This document shows positions 1 through 9,585 of a DNA stretch of 64,000 bases, piece by piece. The stretch comes from Deltaproteobacteria bacterium (GTDB taxonomy: Bacteria > Myxococcota_A > Polyangia > Polyangiales > Houyiibacteriaceae), in NCBI GenBank assembly GCA_034670305.1, contig JAXMNT010000016.1, positions 83,615 to 147,614 on the forward strand, read 5' to 3'. The first letter of the stretch is position 1, and each line of letters opens with the position of its first letter. The notes beneath the pieces are model-generated. The model saw only the letters and a list, made by a program, of their open reading frames with translations, ran no database searches and was not told the DNA's origin. A program made the position numbers and the translations under genes.

Positions 1-2
1 AG

Positions 3-1007
3 CGCGAAGAGGTGGCGGGCCATCTCCTCGAGCCAACCCGCGACCGCGTACTTCGCTTTCGACTCACGGCAGCTGGAGGGGGTCGCTCCCCGACCGAGCA
101 GCAACGCGACCGCGAGGATGCCAGCGACGATCGCGAGGCCGAGCCCAAGCAGCAGCGGGTGGTAGAACGCGACGACCATGAGGCCGACCACCACCGTCAA
201 GGTGGCTTCCACCCCGCCGAGCATCAGCGCCGCGATCGCCTTCTGAGCGGTGAAGACATCAAAGAACCGGTTGACGAGCTCGGGCCCATGGGCCCGTTCG
301 AACGCCGAGGCGTGAACCCGGGGCAGACGCTCGGAGAGCTGCGCCACCACCCGCACGAAGAAGCGGCGCTGCACGATCTCGACGACCCACGCCTGAAGCG
401 CGCGCAGCGTGGCCCCGAAGGTCAGTCCAGCCGCCAACAGCAACGCGACCACGACGATCGGCTGGACGAGCGCGCCGAACGCCACGGTGTTCACCAACAC
501 CTGAACCGCCAGAGGCAGGGCAAGGGAGAGGATGCCGACGCCGATCGCGTAGACGACGATGACGGCGAGGTCGGCGCGGTCCGCCGCGACCAGTTCCCAG
601 GCGCGGCGCCACGGGCTGCTGGGCGGTGAGGTCCCCTTCGCCTTGTCCGGCCGACCTCGCTCGGCGCCGAGGTCGACGGCGAGCCATTCGGCGTCTTGCA
701 TCGGCGTCACCGCGAGCCGGGATCGGAGCTCCTCGTGGGTGAGCCACACCGTCCGCCCAGACTCCGCCACCCGGACGCGCGTGCCCCGCGCCTCGAGCAG
801 ACCGAGTGGGACCCCCGCCGAATCGAGGACCAGGAGTGGACCGTCTTGGCGAAGGGCATCGAGCGCCACCTCCACAGGCGCTCGAAAACCCGAGGCCCGC
901 ATGCCCTCCGCCCGCAGCTTGCCCTCGGCCCAGGCCAGGGACGACTCGGTGGGGGGAGGTCCCATCGACCCGACGAGATCGGCAAAATCATACGATTCAT
1001 GAATCAT
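3..1007 (-). CDS. ABC transporter permease/ATP-binding protein, type I secretion (HlyB/PCAT-like); runs off the window start, so the C-terminal part is missing
   Basis: Absent from the ORF track; translated by hand on the minus strand: MIHESYDFADLVGSMGPPP...SPWRRAWELVAADRADLAVIVVYAIGVGILSLALPLAVQVLVNTVAFG...NRFFDVFTAQK, typical of ABC_membrane exporters. Start is 1007 or 965. Confidence 0.75.
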   Translation of the reverse strand, partial: MIHESYDFADLVGSMGPPPTESSLAWAEGKLRAEGMRASGFRAPVEVALDALRQDGPLLVLDSAGVPLGLLEARGTRVRVAESGRTVWLTHEELRSRLAVTPMQDAEWLAVDLGAERGRPDKAKGTSPPSSPWRRAWELVAADRADLAVIVVYAIGVGILSLALPLAVQVLVNTVAFGALVQPIVVVALLLAAGLTFGATLRALQAWVVEIVQRRFFVRVVAQLSERLPRVHASAFERAHGPELVNRFFDVFTAQKAIAALMLGGVEATLTVVVGLMVVAFYHPLLLGLGLAIVAGILAVALLLGRGATPSSCRESKAKYAVAGWLEEMARHLFA

Positions 1008-1065
1008 GTTACACGAATCATGCATCACAAAGCCTGAATGTCAACGCATGAAAACAGATTCATGC
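994..1065. promoter_or_regulatory. AT-rich operator-like region with two palindromes upstream of the ABC exporter
   Basis: Perfect palindrome GATTCATGAATC (994-1005), inverted repeat GCATGAA-N6-TTCATGC (1046-1065) and direct repeat GAATCATG (1001, 1016), in an AT-rich patch. Confidence 0.55.
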
Positions 1066-1077
1066 ATTACGGTCGCC

Positions 1078-1566
1078 CTACTTCTTGAAGCCACCGCCCT
1101 TGCCACCGTCGTACGGCGCACCTTTGCCGCCCATCGGTGCGCCCTTGCCGCCCATCGGTGCGCCCTTTTGCATCGGTGCCACGCCCTTGCCGCCCATCGG
1201 CGCGCCCTTTTGCATCGGTGCCACGCCCTTGCCGCCCATCGGCGCGCCTTTCTGCATCGGCGCCACGCCCTTGCCGCCGATCTTGCCGGGCATGCCCTGG
1301 GCCTTGCCCGGCATCTTCACCGGCACGTGTCCCGCCTTCGGCACCACCGGTCCGACCGGGCCGCCCAGCATCTTCTCGGCCGGGAGTCCCGCCGGCGCGC
1401 CGAACCCACCCTGCATCTGTTGCTGCTGCTGTGCATCGAGCGGCACGTTCATCTGCCGGAGCACGTCCATCACGACGTCGGCCGCGTAGGTGGCCTGGGT
1501 TTGATCGACGCCCTGCATGCGCTGCATGAAGGCTTGGATGAGTGCGTTGCGAACCTGGTGAAACAT
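1078..1566 (-). CDS. Small hypothetical protein with Gly/Lys/Pro/Met tandem-repeat tail
   Basis: Strong RBS (AAGGAGG) 5 nt before the ATG; helical N-terminus, poly-Q, then (GGKGVAPMQKGAPM)x3 and GGKGAPM/GGKGAPY. Confidence 0.75.
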   Translation of the reverse strand: MFHQVRNALIQAFMQRMQGVDQTQATYAADVVMDVLRQMNVPLDAQQQQQMQGGFGAPAGLPAEKMLGGPVGPVVPKAGHVPVKMPGKAQGMPGKIGGKGVAPMQKGAPMGGKGVAPMQKGAPMGGKGVAPMQKGAPMGGKGAPMGGKGAPYDGGKGGGFKK

Positions 1567-1630
1567 CGTCCCTCCTTGTGGGAGCGAGGATGCTACCAGA
1601 ACTCAACCGGTCGCCGACGGCGGCACCGGC

Positions 1631-1690
1631 TCGGCTTCGGCGTCGGCTTCGGCTTCTGCGTCGGCTTCGGCTTCGGCGTCGGCTTCGGCT
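1631..1690 (+). repeat. Intergenic hexamer tract (TCGGCT/TCGGCG)n
   Basis: About 10 degenerate hexamers read directly. Confidence 0.9.
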
Positions 1691-1715
1691 CGCGCCGCGA
1701 CACCAGGGGACATCT

Positions 1716-4700
1716 CTACTCGGCGGGTGCGTCCGCCATCACGTCCGTCGTGGCACTCCGCCGGAATCGCTTCCCGAACCGGCGCGCGTCTTCCACCAGT
1801 CCGTACAGGACCGGCACCATCACCAAGGTCAGCACCGTCGCGACCGCCAACCCAGCGATCACGGCAACCGCCATCGGACCCCACCACGCCGCGCTCTGGC
1901 TGCCGACGATGAGCGAAAAGTTCCGGAAGTCGATCGAGACGCCCACCGCCATCGGCACGAGGCCGAGCACGGTCGTGATGGCGGTCAGGACCACGGGCCG
2001 AAAACGCGTCATGCCGGCGTTGAGCAGCGCGTCTTCGACGGACATGTCTTTCGCGCGCAGCTGCTGCACGTAGTCGAGCAGCACGATGGCGTTGTTCACC
2101 ACGATGCCCGCCAGGGAGATCACCCCCAATCCGGTCATCATGATGCCGAAGGGCGTTCCGGTGATCACCAGCCCCCAGAGCACACCCACGAGCGACAAGA
2201 TGACCGACGCCATCACGATCAGCGGCACCATGAAGCTGTTGAACTGGTAGACGAGCACGCCGAAGATCAGCGCGAGCGCGATCAAGAACGCCTGCCCGAG
2301 GAACGCACCGGTCTCGGCCTGTTCGTCGTTGCTGCCGCCAAGCTCCAGGTGGTAGCCCGCAGGCAACTCCGCCTCGTCGATGTAAGCGAGCACGGCCTCC
2401 TGCACCGCGACCGCGTTGTACCCGTCGATCACGTCGCCGGTGATGCTCACCACCAGGTCCTGATCGATGTGGTGGATGGCGCCCGCGCCGCCGACGAGTT
2501 CGTACGACGCGACGGTGGACAGCGGCACCGGGAACGTGTCTGGGCTCGTGTCTTCGCGGCCGTCGATGCGCAGGCCGAGCACCGCCTGGAGATCTTCTCG
2601 GAACTCCGGCGCGAGCTCGACCACGATGTCGTGTTCTTCTTCGCCGTCGCGCAGCGTGCTGGCTTTGGTCCCCGCGACCGCGGTGCGTACGGTGCTGGCG
2701 ACGGCGCGGGTGCTGGCCCCGACGCGTTTGGCCGCGCCGCGATCGATCCGAAGCCGCATCTCGGGTCGGCCGACGCGGTAGTCGTCGCTCATGTCGGTCG
2801 CGCCCGGGAGCGCGCCGAGCTCGCGCCGAACACGAGCGGAGAGTTCTCCGAGCGTTCGAAAATCTTCCCCGCTCACCCGCACGTCGATCGGTTTGCCGAC
2901 CGGCGGACCCATGTTCTCTTTCTCGATCCGGATCTCCGCGCCGGGGATCGCCGCGACCAGTTCCCGCAGGCGTTCGATGGTGCGGGTGGTCGGCTCCACG
3001 CGGACCCGCTGGCCCGGACGCGCGGTGTTCGCGTCCGGCAGAAAGTCCACCGTCACCCGCGCGGCGTTCGGCGCGCTCTGAGAGCCCTGCGTCGGGTCCT
3101 GGCCGCCCGAGACGCCGACCTCTGCGACGAACACATCCACGTTCTCTTGCGCGGCGAGCAAGTGTTCGATCTCGCGCACGATGTGATCGGTGGTTTCGAG
3201 ATCGGTGCCGAGCGGTGCGCGGACCGCGATGAAGGCGCGGTTCGGTTCGGTCTCCGGAAAGAACTCGACTCCGTGCTGGAGCGCCCCGTACGCCATGAAC
3301 GTGCCGACCAGGGATGCGAAGCCGATGCCGGCCGCGATCTTCCGGTGGCGGATCGACCAGGTGAGGATGGCGCGGTAGCGGCGCATGACGAAGCCGAGCT
3401 CGGCCTCCGGTGCGAAACTGACCCGGCGCTCCCGGTACGGGCCATCGCCTTCACCCTCCCCGTCCTCTGCCGGCGCGGACCCGTCGGGCCGCACGTCCTG
3501 GTCTGCGGCCGTCTTCTTCGCCGGCTTCATGAGCCGCGAGGTGAAGAAGGGGATCGCCCACAGCGCCACCGCCAACGAACAGACCAAGACGATCACGATC
3601 GTCTTCGGCATGTAGCCCATGAACTGGCCCATCATGCCGGTCCAAAAGAGCAGCGGTGCGAACGCCGCCACCGTGGTCGCGGTCGATGCCGCGACGGCGG
3701 CCGCCACTTCTTTGGTGCCTTCGATCGCAGCGGTCTTCCGGTCGGACCCGAGCTCGAGGTGGCGGTAGATGTTCTCGACGATGACGATCGCGTTGTCGAC
3801 CAACATGCCGAGCGCCATGATCAGCGCGAAGAGCACGATCATGTTGAGCGTCATACCCAGCGTTCCGATCACGATGAACGCCAGCAACATCGAGAGTGGG
3901 ATCGCGAGCGCGACGAAGAAGCTGTTCCGGAAGCCCATGAAGAACAGCAGCACGCCGATGACGAGAATGAGTCCGGTGATGATCCCGTTCTCGAGCTCGC
4001 CGATCATGTCGTAGACCATCTTCGATTGGTCGGCGAGGGTCTCGTACTCGACGCCCTCCGGCCACGAGGCGTGCCGTTCGGCGACGAGCGCCTTCACCGC
4101 CTCGGCGATGTCCACGATGTTCGCGCCGCTGCGTTTCGAGATCGCGAGCGAGACCGCGGTCTCCCCGTTCATGCGCGCGTAGCTGGTCCGGGTGGCGAAG
4201 CCGTCGACCACCCGGCCGACGTCGCGCACGAACACGGGGCGATCGCCCACGCGTTTGATCGCAACGCCTTCGATGTCGCTCGGGACCCCGAACTCGCCCG
4301 GCACCCGAAGCAAGAAGTTCGAGTCGCCGCTGCGCACGTCGCCGCCCGGCACGTTCACGTTCTCGTCCGCGATGGCGCCGATCACGTCGTTGAGCGAGAG
4401 GCCGTAGTGTTGCAGCCGGTACGGATCGATCTGGACCTGGATCTCGCGCTCTCGGCCACCGCTCAGCACCGCGTCGAGCACGCCTGGAATGCGACGCACC
4501 TCGTCTTCGAGCGACTCGCCGATCGCCTTGAGTTCGGTCTCGTCGATCGGACCACCGATCGTCACCAGCAGGATCGGGAGATCGCTGAAGTTGATCTCTC
4601 CGATCTCCGTCTCTTCGGCGTCCTCGGGCAGTTTGGGGCGCGCCCTGCCGACCCGATCGCGCACGCGCTGGAGCGCATCTTGGATGTCGACCTCGGCTTC

Positions 4701-4979
4701 GAACTCGAGGACGACCATGCTCATGCCCTCGTAGGAGGTGCTGGTCATCTTCTTGAGATCTTTGACGCCGGCAAGCTCGTTCTCGATCGGGATGGTGACG
4801 AGCGACTCGATGTCCTGAGGCGAGACGCCGATGTACGGCGTGGCCACGGTGACCATCGGGATCTGCACGTCGGGGTTCGCTTCCCGGGGCAGGTCGAAGT
4901 ACGTCAGCAGACCGAACGCGATTGTGCAGAACGTGCCGAAGAGCACGAGCGCGCCTCGGTTGACGATCCAGCCAATCAC
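1716..4979 (-). CDS. RND efflux transporter permease (AcrB/AcrD/AcrF family)
   Basis: 1087 aa; TM4 GMLVDNAIVIVENIYRH; R-FRPVVLTAITTVLGLVPMA; two large periplasmic loops. Confidence 0.95.
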   Translation of the reverse strand: MIGWIVNRGALVLFGTFCTIAFGLLTYFDLPREANPDVQIPMVTVATPYIGVSPQDIESLVTIPIENELAGVKDLKKMTSTSYEGMSMVVLEFEAEVDIQDALQRVRDRVGRARPKLPEDAEETEIGEINFSDLPILLVTIGGPIDETELKAIGESLEDEVRRIPGVLDAVLSGGREREIQVQIDPYRLQHYGLSLNDVIGAIADENVNVPGGDVRSGDSNFLLRVPGEFGVPSDIEGVAIKRVGDRPVFVRDVGRVVDGFATRTSYARMNGETAVSLAISKRSGANIVDIAEAVKALVAERHASWPEGVEYETLADQSKMVYDMIGELENGIITGLILVIGVLLFFMGFRNSFFVALAIPLSMLLAFIVIGTLGMTLNMIVLFALIMALGMLVDNAIVIVENIYRHLELGSDRKTAAIEGTKEVAAAVAASTATTVAAFAPLLFWTGMMGQFMGYMPKTIVIVLVCSLAVALWAIPFFTSRLMKPAKKTAADQDVRPDGSAPAEDGEGEGDGPYRERRVSFAPEAELGFVMRRYRAILTWSIRHRKIAAGIGFASLVGTFMAYGALQHGVEFFPETEPNRAFIAVRAPLGTDLETTDHIVREIEHLLAAQENVDVFVAEVGVSGGQDPTQGSQSAPNAARVTVDFLPDANTARPGQRVRVEPTTRTIERLRELVAAIPGAEIRIEKENMGPPVGKPIDVRVSGEDFRTLGELSARVRRELGALPGATDMSDDYRVGRPEMRLRIDRGAAKRVGASTRAVASTVRTAVAGTKASTLRDGEEEHDIVVELAPEFREDLQAVLGLRIDGREDTSPDTFPVPLSTVASYELVGGAGAIHHIDQDLVVSITGDVIDGYNAVAVQEAVLAYIDEAELPAGYHLELGGSNDEQAETGAFLGQAFLIALALIFGVLVYQFNSFMVPLIVMASVILSLVGVLWGLVITGTPFGIMMTGLGVISLAGIVVNNAIVLLDYVQQLRAKDMSVEDALLNAGMTRFRPVVLTAITTVLGLVPMAVGVSIDFRNFSLIVGSQSAAWWGPMAVAVIAGLAVATVLTLVMVPVLYGLVEDARRFGKRFRRSATTDVMADAPAE

Positions 4980-6208
4980 TCTGCGACCTCAGCGGCCGGC
5001 GCCGGGGCGGGCGCTTGGGCGACCTCACCTGGCGCGGTGTAGACCACCCGGCCTGCCGTGCAGCAGCGGCCGCGGCGCGCGACCAAGAGCGCGTCGCCGT
5101 CCTGGAGCTCGCGGTGCCCAGTGACCACGATCTCGGTGCCCGCTTCGAGTCCCGAAGCGATCACCACTTGGTCCCGCACCACCGAGCCGACTTCCACCGG
5201 CTGCCAGCGGGCCACATCGTTGTCGATCCGGAACACGCCGTTGCCGTCGACCCGCGTGACCAGCATGTACTGGGGGATCACCACTTGCTGCTCGCCGGCG
5301 TCCGTCTCGATCTCGACGTTGGCGATCATGCCGGGAAGCAACCGCCGGTTCGCGTTCGCGACTTCGATCTCGACTTCGAACGCGCGGGTCTCGACCCGCG
5401 CGGCCGGGCTGATGCGCCGCACGTGTCCGGCGACCGCTTCGCCGAGTGCGGGCGCGCGAACCACGGCCGGCAGCCCGGGCCGAAGTGCGACCACGTCTCG
5501 GTCGGGCACCGCGAGGGTGACGAGCACCGGGTCGAGCTGGATGAGCCGTGCGAGCGGCTGGCCGGGGGCCATCACCTCGCCGCGCTCGACATTCAGGGTG
5601 GCGATGGTGCCGGCGAACGGCGCGCGCACCGTGGCACGGCCGGCCATCACCTGGGCGGTCCGCACAGCGGCGCGCGCTGCGGCCACCCGAGTGCGCGCCG
5701 CGTCGATCGACTGTTCCGAGATCGAACCAACGAGCCGCTCGGCGCGCTCCAGTTCGTGCTGTGCGGCGTCGAGTTCCACCCGCATCTGACCGAGCCGCGC
5801 GCCCTGAGTCGCGGAGTCGACCCGCGCGATGACCTGGTTCGCCCGGACGTCCTCGCCCTCTTCGACCAAGACCGCTTCGACGAACCCGCCGAGCGACGCT
5901 GCGAGCAGTGCGTCGCGCGAGCCGGCGACTTCGCCCGGCAAGACGACGCGCAGGGCCGTTGCGCTGGCCGAGACCACCGCGGCTTCGACCCGCGTGGCCC
6001 CCGGCGCCGGCGGCTCCGCCTGGACCCTGGGTTCCTCGGTGGGTTCGGCCTCAGCGCTGCCTCCGCACGCGAGAAGACAGCAACCCAAAAGCGCGATGTT
6101 GGGCCAACGGAACGCGAGCGCCCCAAGCGGGAGCCCTCCGTTCGGAACCCGCGAAGCCGTGGTCGCCCCCCCGAGCGATCGTGCGACAATTGAAATGAGG
6201 GACATCAT
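4976..6208 (-). CDS. RND membrane fusion protein (periplasmic adaptor)
   Basis: Lipoyl/hairpin motifs VEEGEDVRANQVIARVD and TVRAPFAGTI; lipobox-like LLAC; ATG at 6208 overlaps the TetR stop; true start may lie further downstream. Confidence 0.9.
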   Translation of the reverse strand: MMSLISIVARSLGGATTASRVPNGGLPLGALAFRWPNIALLGCCLLACGGSAEAEPTEEPRVQAEPPAPGATRVEAAVVSASATALRVVLPGEVAGSRDALLAASLGGFVEAVLVEEGEDVRANQVIARVDSATQGARLGQMRVELDAAQHELERAERLVGSISEQSIDAARTRVAAARAAVRTAQVMAGRATVRAPFAGTIATLNVERGEVMAPGQPLARLIQLDPVLVTLAVPDRDVVALRPGLPAVVRAPALGEAVAGHVRRISPAARVETRAFEVEIEVANANRRLLPGMIANVEIETDAGEQQVVIPQYMLVTRVDGNGVFRIDNDVARWQPVEVGSVVRDQVVIASGLEAGTEIVVTGHRELQDGDALLVARRGRCCTAGRVVYTAPGEVAQAPAPAPAAEVAE

Positions 6209-6810
6209 CGAGGACTGACTCCGTGAAAGAAGAGGGACAGAAGACGTTCGGGGAGATCGGCCGGTGGCGGGTGGCCGTGCAGCCAAAGTTGAAGGCGTTG
6301 ATCGACCATGCCGCTGAGTGCGTATGCGGCATCGACGAGGTCGACGCTTGAAGAGATCTCGCCGCGCGAGACCCCGAGTTGGAGCAATGAGCGCATCCGC
6401 TCCTGGTGATGGGTCCGAAGGGAGTCGAAGTCGAACTCGGGCTGGTCGGGTTCGGGTCGAAGTTCGGCCCGCATGAGCAGGCTCATCCCAGTCGGCGCCG
6501 ACTCGAGTCGCTCGAAGAACGCACACAACCCGTCGTGCAAGCGATCCCAGGCGCTGACACCGGCCGATGCCTGCTCCGCCATCTCGAGGATCCGCCCCAG
6601 CGCGTCCGTCTCGTGGCGGATCGCCGCGACGAACAACGCTTCTTTGTTTCCGAAGTGGTAGTAGAGCGCCGGTTTGGTACAGCCGGCCGCCTCCGCGACC
6701 TCTCGAACGCTCGTCGCACTCCAGCCCCGCTCGGCGAAAAGCCGGGTGGCTTGGAGAAGAATCCGGTCCCGCGTCGGGGACGGTGCGGCGCCAGCGGTGA
6801 GGGAGGTCAT
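6205..6810 (-). CDS. TetR/AcrR family transcriptional regulator
   Basis: TRDRILLQATRLFAERGWSATSVREVAEAAGCTKPALYYHFGNKEAL HTH. Confidence 0.95.
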   Translation of the reverse strand: MTSLTAGAAPSPTRDRILLQATRLFAERGWSATSVREVAEAAGCTKPALYYHFGNKEALFVAAIRHETDALGRILEMAEQASAGVSAWDRLHDGLCAFFERLESAPTGMSLLMRAELRPEPDQPEFDFDSLRTHHQERMRSLLQLGVSRGEISSSVDLVDAAYALSGMVDQRLQLWLHGHPPPADLPERLLSLFFHGVSPR

Positions 6811-6813
6811 GCA

Positions 6814-6831
6814 ACTTACCGATCGGTAGGT
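6814..6831. promoter_or_regulatory. Probable TetR operator (autoregulatory)
   Basis: ACT-TACCGATCGGTA-GGT; perfect 12-bp core palindrome at 6817-6828, a few nt upstream of the tetR ATG. Confidence 0.75.
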
Positions 6832-7114
6832 CGGCTACTTTGACACGCAGTGGCGACCTGTCCACGAACGGGTACCGCAGCCCTGAGACATTCTTGGCTC
6901 GCTCGCTTCGCGAGACGGGTGGCGTGTCCGGGCGCGTACGTGAGAACTCTCTGGTGATTCCCCTCACGCTGGGAGCTTGGTGAAATCGGCGAATCGTCCT
7001 GGTTTCATTGGGATGGGGTCAGTCGAACCCGCCGGCCATCCCAGGTGGCGGCCACACTGGCCGCCGTCCTGTGACACTACGCATGATCGTTGGGGTTTGG
7101 TTGGCGTACAGGAG

Positions 7115-7131
7115 TCGGCACAGGGGCTGCA
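7115..7131 (+). promoter_or_regulatory. Putative sigma54 (-24/-12) promoter
   Basis: TCGGCACAGGGGCTGCA fits GG-N10-GC (consensus TGGCAC-N5-TTGCW), about 80 nt upstream of the 7209 start. Confidence 0.5.
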
Positions 7132-7208
7132 TGTAGGACAACGCAGCACATGCCAGCGGGTCCGAGAGACTGCTGGCCAAGGCCCGGGATGGCCGACGGA
7201 GCAAACGG

Positions 7209-9215
7209 ATGACTCGACAGACTTTGGCACTCATGCTCGCCCTCGCCGTTCCGGCGGTTGGATGCAGCACGGCCCCAGCAGACGCGGACAAAGACGAGGA
7301 GAACCTCGGCGACGGCAAAGAGGACCGCTGGAACCGGGCCAACGACCCCGAGCGGTTCGACGGTGAGTTCAACTACCACGTCGCCGACCTCCCGCTGACG
7401 GGCAGCGCGGACCGCGATGCGTGGCCGAGCACCTACTGGCCGACCTACGAAGACTCCATCAACGTCCGCTGGGACGGAGCCGAGCTGAGCCCCGCACAGA
7501 AGTACGACGTCGCGTTCAATGGCTGGACCCCGCCTGAAGGGTTCTTGGAGCTTCGCCCGTTCAACCGGAACAACCCCGTCCCCGGCGACGATTGGGACAC
7601 CGCGTACTACGAGCAGCAGGGCCCGCTCGCGACGCACATCAGCAACAACATGGGCAACGGCCGCGACCGCCGCCAAGCGCTGACCGCCATGGGCGCGCCC
7701 GAGGGCGACTGGGAGACCGACACCTGGTGGGGCCTCTGCCACGCCTGGGTTCCCGCCGCGCTTCTCGAAGACCGGCCGCTCCGCGCCGTCGAGCACAACG
7801 GCGTGCGCTTCGAAGTCGCCGACATGGAGGCCCTTCTCATCGCCGCCTACAACCGCGCCGGCGCGGACATGATCGGCGGACGATGCAACGTCGGCTCAGG
7901 CGACTCGATGGTGGAACGCGACGAGTTCGGCCGCGCGGTCGACATCGAATGCCGGGACAGCAACCCGGGCGCGATGCACGTCATCGTCACAAACTACCTG
8001 GGCGTTCTCAACCGCGGCTTCGCCATCGACCGGACCTTCGACTTCGAGGTCTGGAACCAGCCGGTGAAGGGCTTCGAGATCACCAAACAAGAAGAGATCG
8101 ACGTCGCCCGGGCGAACGAGCTCCTCGGCGTGACGGGCGAGACCTACGAGTACAACGCCGACGCGGCGCAGCTCTTCGAGGTCAACCTCTCGCTGCACTG
8201 GATCACCGAGTCGCACGCCACGAAGACGCCGAACGAGTCCTCGCGCTACACGCGCACCGACCGCTTGACGTACATCCTCGAGGTGGACGCCGACGGCAAG
8301 ATCATCGGCGGCGAGTGGTTCGGTCGCAGCCGCTCACAACACCCCGACTTCCTCTGGAACCCGCGCTCGCGCTCGACCTCGTCGATCCCGAACATGGACC
8401 TCGCAGACGTGCGCATGCTCGTCGAGCGCAGCCGCATGCCCGAGATGCCCGACCCCGAGACCGGCGCGACGCATGTCGCCGAAGGCGCGGGTGGACTCGA
8501 CATCCCGGACAACGACACGACCGGCGTGACCAGCACGGCCACCGTCTCCGGCGCGAGCGGCGCCATCACCGGCGTGAGCGTGGCGCTGAACGTCACCCAC
8601 ACGTACATCGGCGACCTGGCCTTCACGCTCGTGAAGGGCGACGTCGAGCGCACGTTCCTCAACCAAGAGGGCGGCAGCGACGACGACATCGATCAGTCGT
8701 ACGACGTGACCGGCTTCGAAGGCCTGGACGCGAACGGTACCTGGACCCTCCGCGCGACGGACCACGCGGGCCAGGATGTCGGCACCCTCGACGGCTGGAC
8801 GCTCACGGTCACCACCGACTCGGCCACCATGCCGGTCGACCCGACGCCCGACCCCATGGAACCAGTGAAGTTCTCCGGCATGGGCGGCATCGAGATTCCG
8901 GACAACGACCCGGCGGGCATCTCGTCGGCGGCCAGCGTCTCCGGCATCACGAGCGGCAGCGTGGCGATCGAGTACAACCTCACGCACACCTACCGCGGCG
9001 ACCTCCTCGTCACCGTGGAGCACAACGGCCGCGCCTGGACGCTCCACGACCAGGAGGGCGGCAGCGCCGAAGACCTCGTCGGCACCTCCCCGCTCGACGC
9101 CACCGGCGACGCCTTCGAGGGCGACCCGTCCGGCACCTGGACCCTGCGCGTCAGCGACAACGCGGGCGCCGACGTCGGCACCCTCAACAGCTGGGCGGTC
9201 ATCGTCACGCCGTAG
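7209..9215 (+). CDS. Lipoprotein with transglutaminase-elicitor-like catalytic domain and two proprotein-convertase P-domains
   Basis: Lipobox AVGC; WPSTYWPTYEDSINVRW, LSPAQKYD, WWGLCHAW, NPGAMHV, EVWNQPV, GGEW, HPDFLW; C-terminal IPDND...HTY.GDL...GTWTLR repeats x2. Confidence 0.85.
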   Translation: MTRQTLALMLALAVPAVGCSTAPADADKDEENLGDGKEDRWNRANDPERFDGEFNYHVADLPLTGSADRDAWPSTYWPTYEDSINVRWDGAELSPAQKYDVAFNGWTPPEGFLELRPFNRNNPVPGDDWDTAYYEQQGPLATHISNNMGNGRDRRQALTAMGAPEGDWETDTWWGLCHAWVPAALLEDRPLRAVEHNGVRFEVADMEALLIAAYNRAGADMIGGRCNVGSGDSMVERDEFGRAVDIECRDSNPGAMHVIVTNYLGVLNRGFAIDRTFDFEVWNQPVKGFEITKQEEIDVARANELLGVTGETYEYNADAAQLFEVNLSLHWITESHATKTPNESSRYTRTDRLTYILEVDADGKIIGGEWFGRSRSQHPDFLWNPRSRSTSSIPNMDLADVRMLVERSRMPEMPDPETGATHVAEGAGGLDIPDNDTTGVTSTATVSGASGAITGVSVALNVTHTYIGDLAFTLVKGDVERTFLNQEGGSDDDIDQSYDVTGFEGLDANGTWTLRATDHAGQDVGTLDGWTLTVTTDSATMPVDPTPDPMEPVKFSGMGGIEIPDNDPAGISSAASVSGITSGSVAIEYNLTHTYRGDLLVTVEHNGRAWTLHDQEGGSAEDLVGTSPLDATGDAFEGDPSGTWTLRVSDNAGADVGTLNSWAVIVTP

Positions 9216-9301
9216 TTTTCCTCTCAAGACCTGGTCGCCAACCACACACACCACGGTGGGCGGGTCCGAGAGAGCTTGTCTTAACACACATCCACACACC
9301 C

Positions 9302-9326
9302 GAAGCCGCCCCCCCTGGGCGGCTTC
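9302..9326. terminator. Stem-loop, possible terminator
   Basis: GAAGCCGCCC-CCCCT-GGGCGGCTTC, 10-bp stem downstream of the 7209-9215 gene; weak U-tract. Confidence 0.5.
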
Positions 9327-9371
9327 ACTAATTGTACGGCACTACCGGGCTCGAGACTGGTGGCCCCCTCC

Positions 9372-9544
9372 GATTTCGGATTTCGGATTTCGGCGTCGGC
9401 TTCGGCGTCGGCTTCGGATTCGGCGATCGGCTTCGGCTTCGGCTCCGGCTTCGGCTTCGGCGTCGGCGTCGGCCTCGGCATCGGCTTCGGCTTCCGCTTC
9501 CGCTTCCGCTTCCGCTTCCGTTCCGCTTCCGCTTCCCGCTTCCG
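9372..9544 (+). repeat. Intergenic repeat tract (ATTTCGG)3-(TCGGCN)n-(TCCGCT)n
   Basis: Read directly. Confidence 0.9.
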
Positions 9545-9585
9545 TCCGCGTGCACTCACTCCGCTTGCCCGCATACTGGCGGCCG

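Noticed and set aside
1542-5042. 1166-aa plus-strand ORF and other long antisense ORFs (e.g. 52389-55586, 21683-23806, 36663-39188, 61901-63622)
   Set aside because: Stop-poor shadow frames opposite well-supported genes in high-GC DNA; no recognisable motifs.
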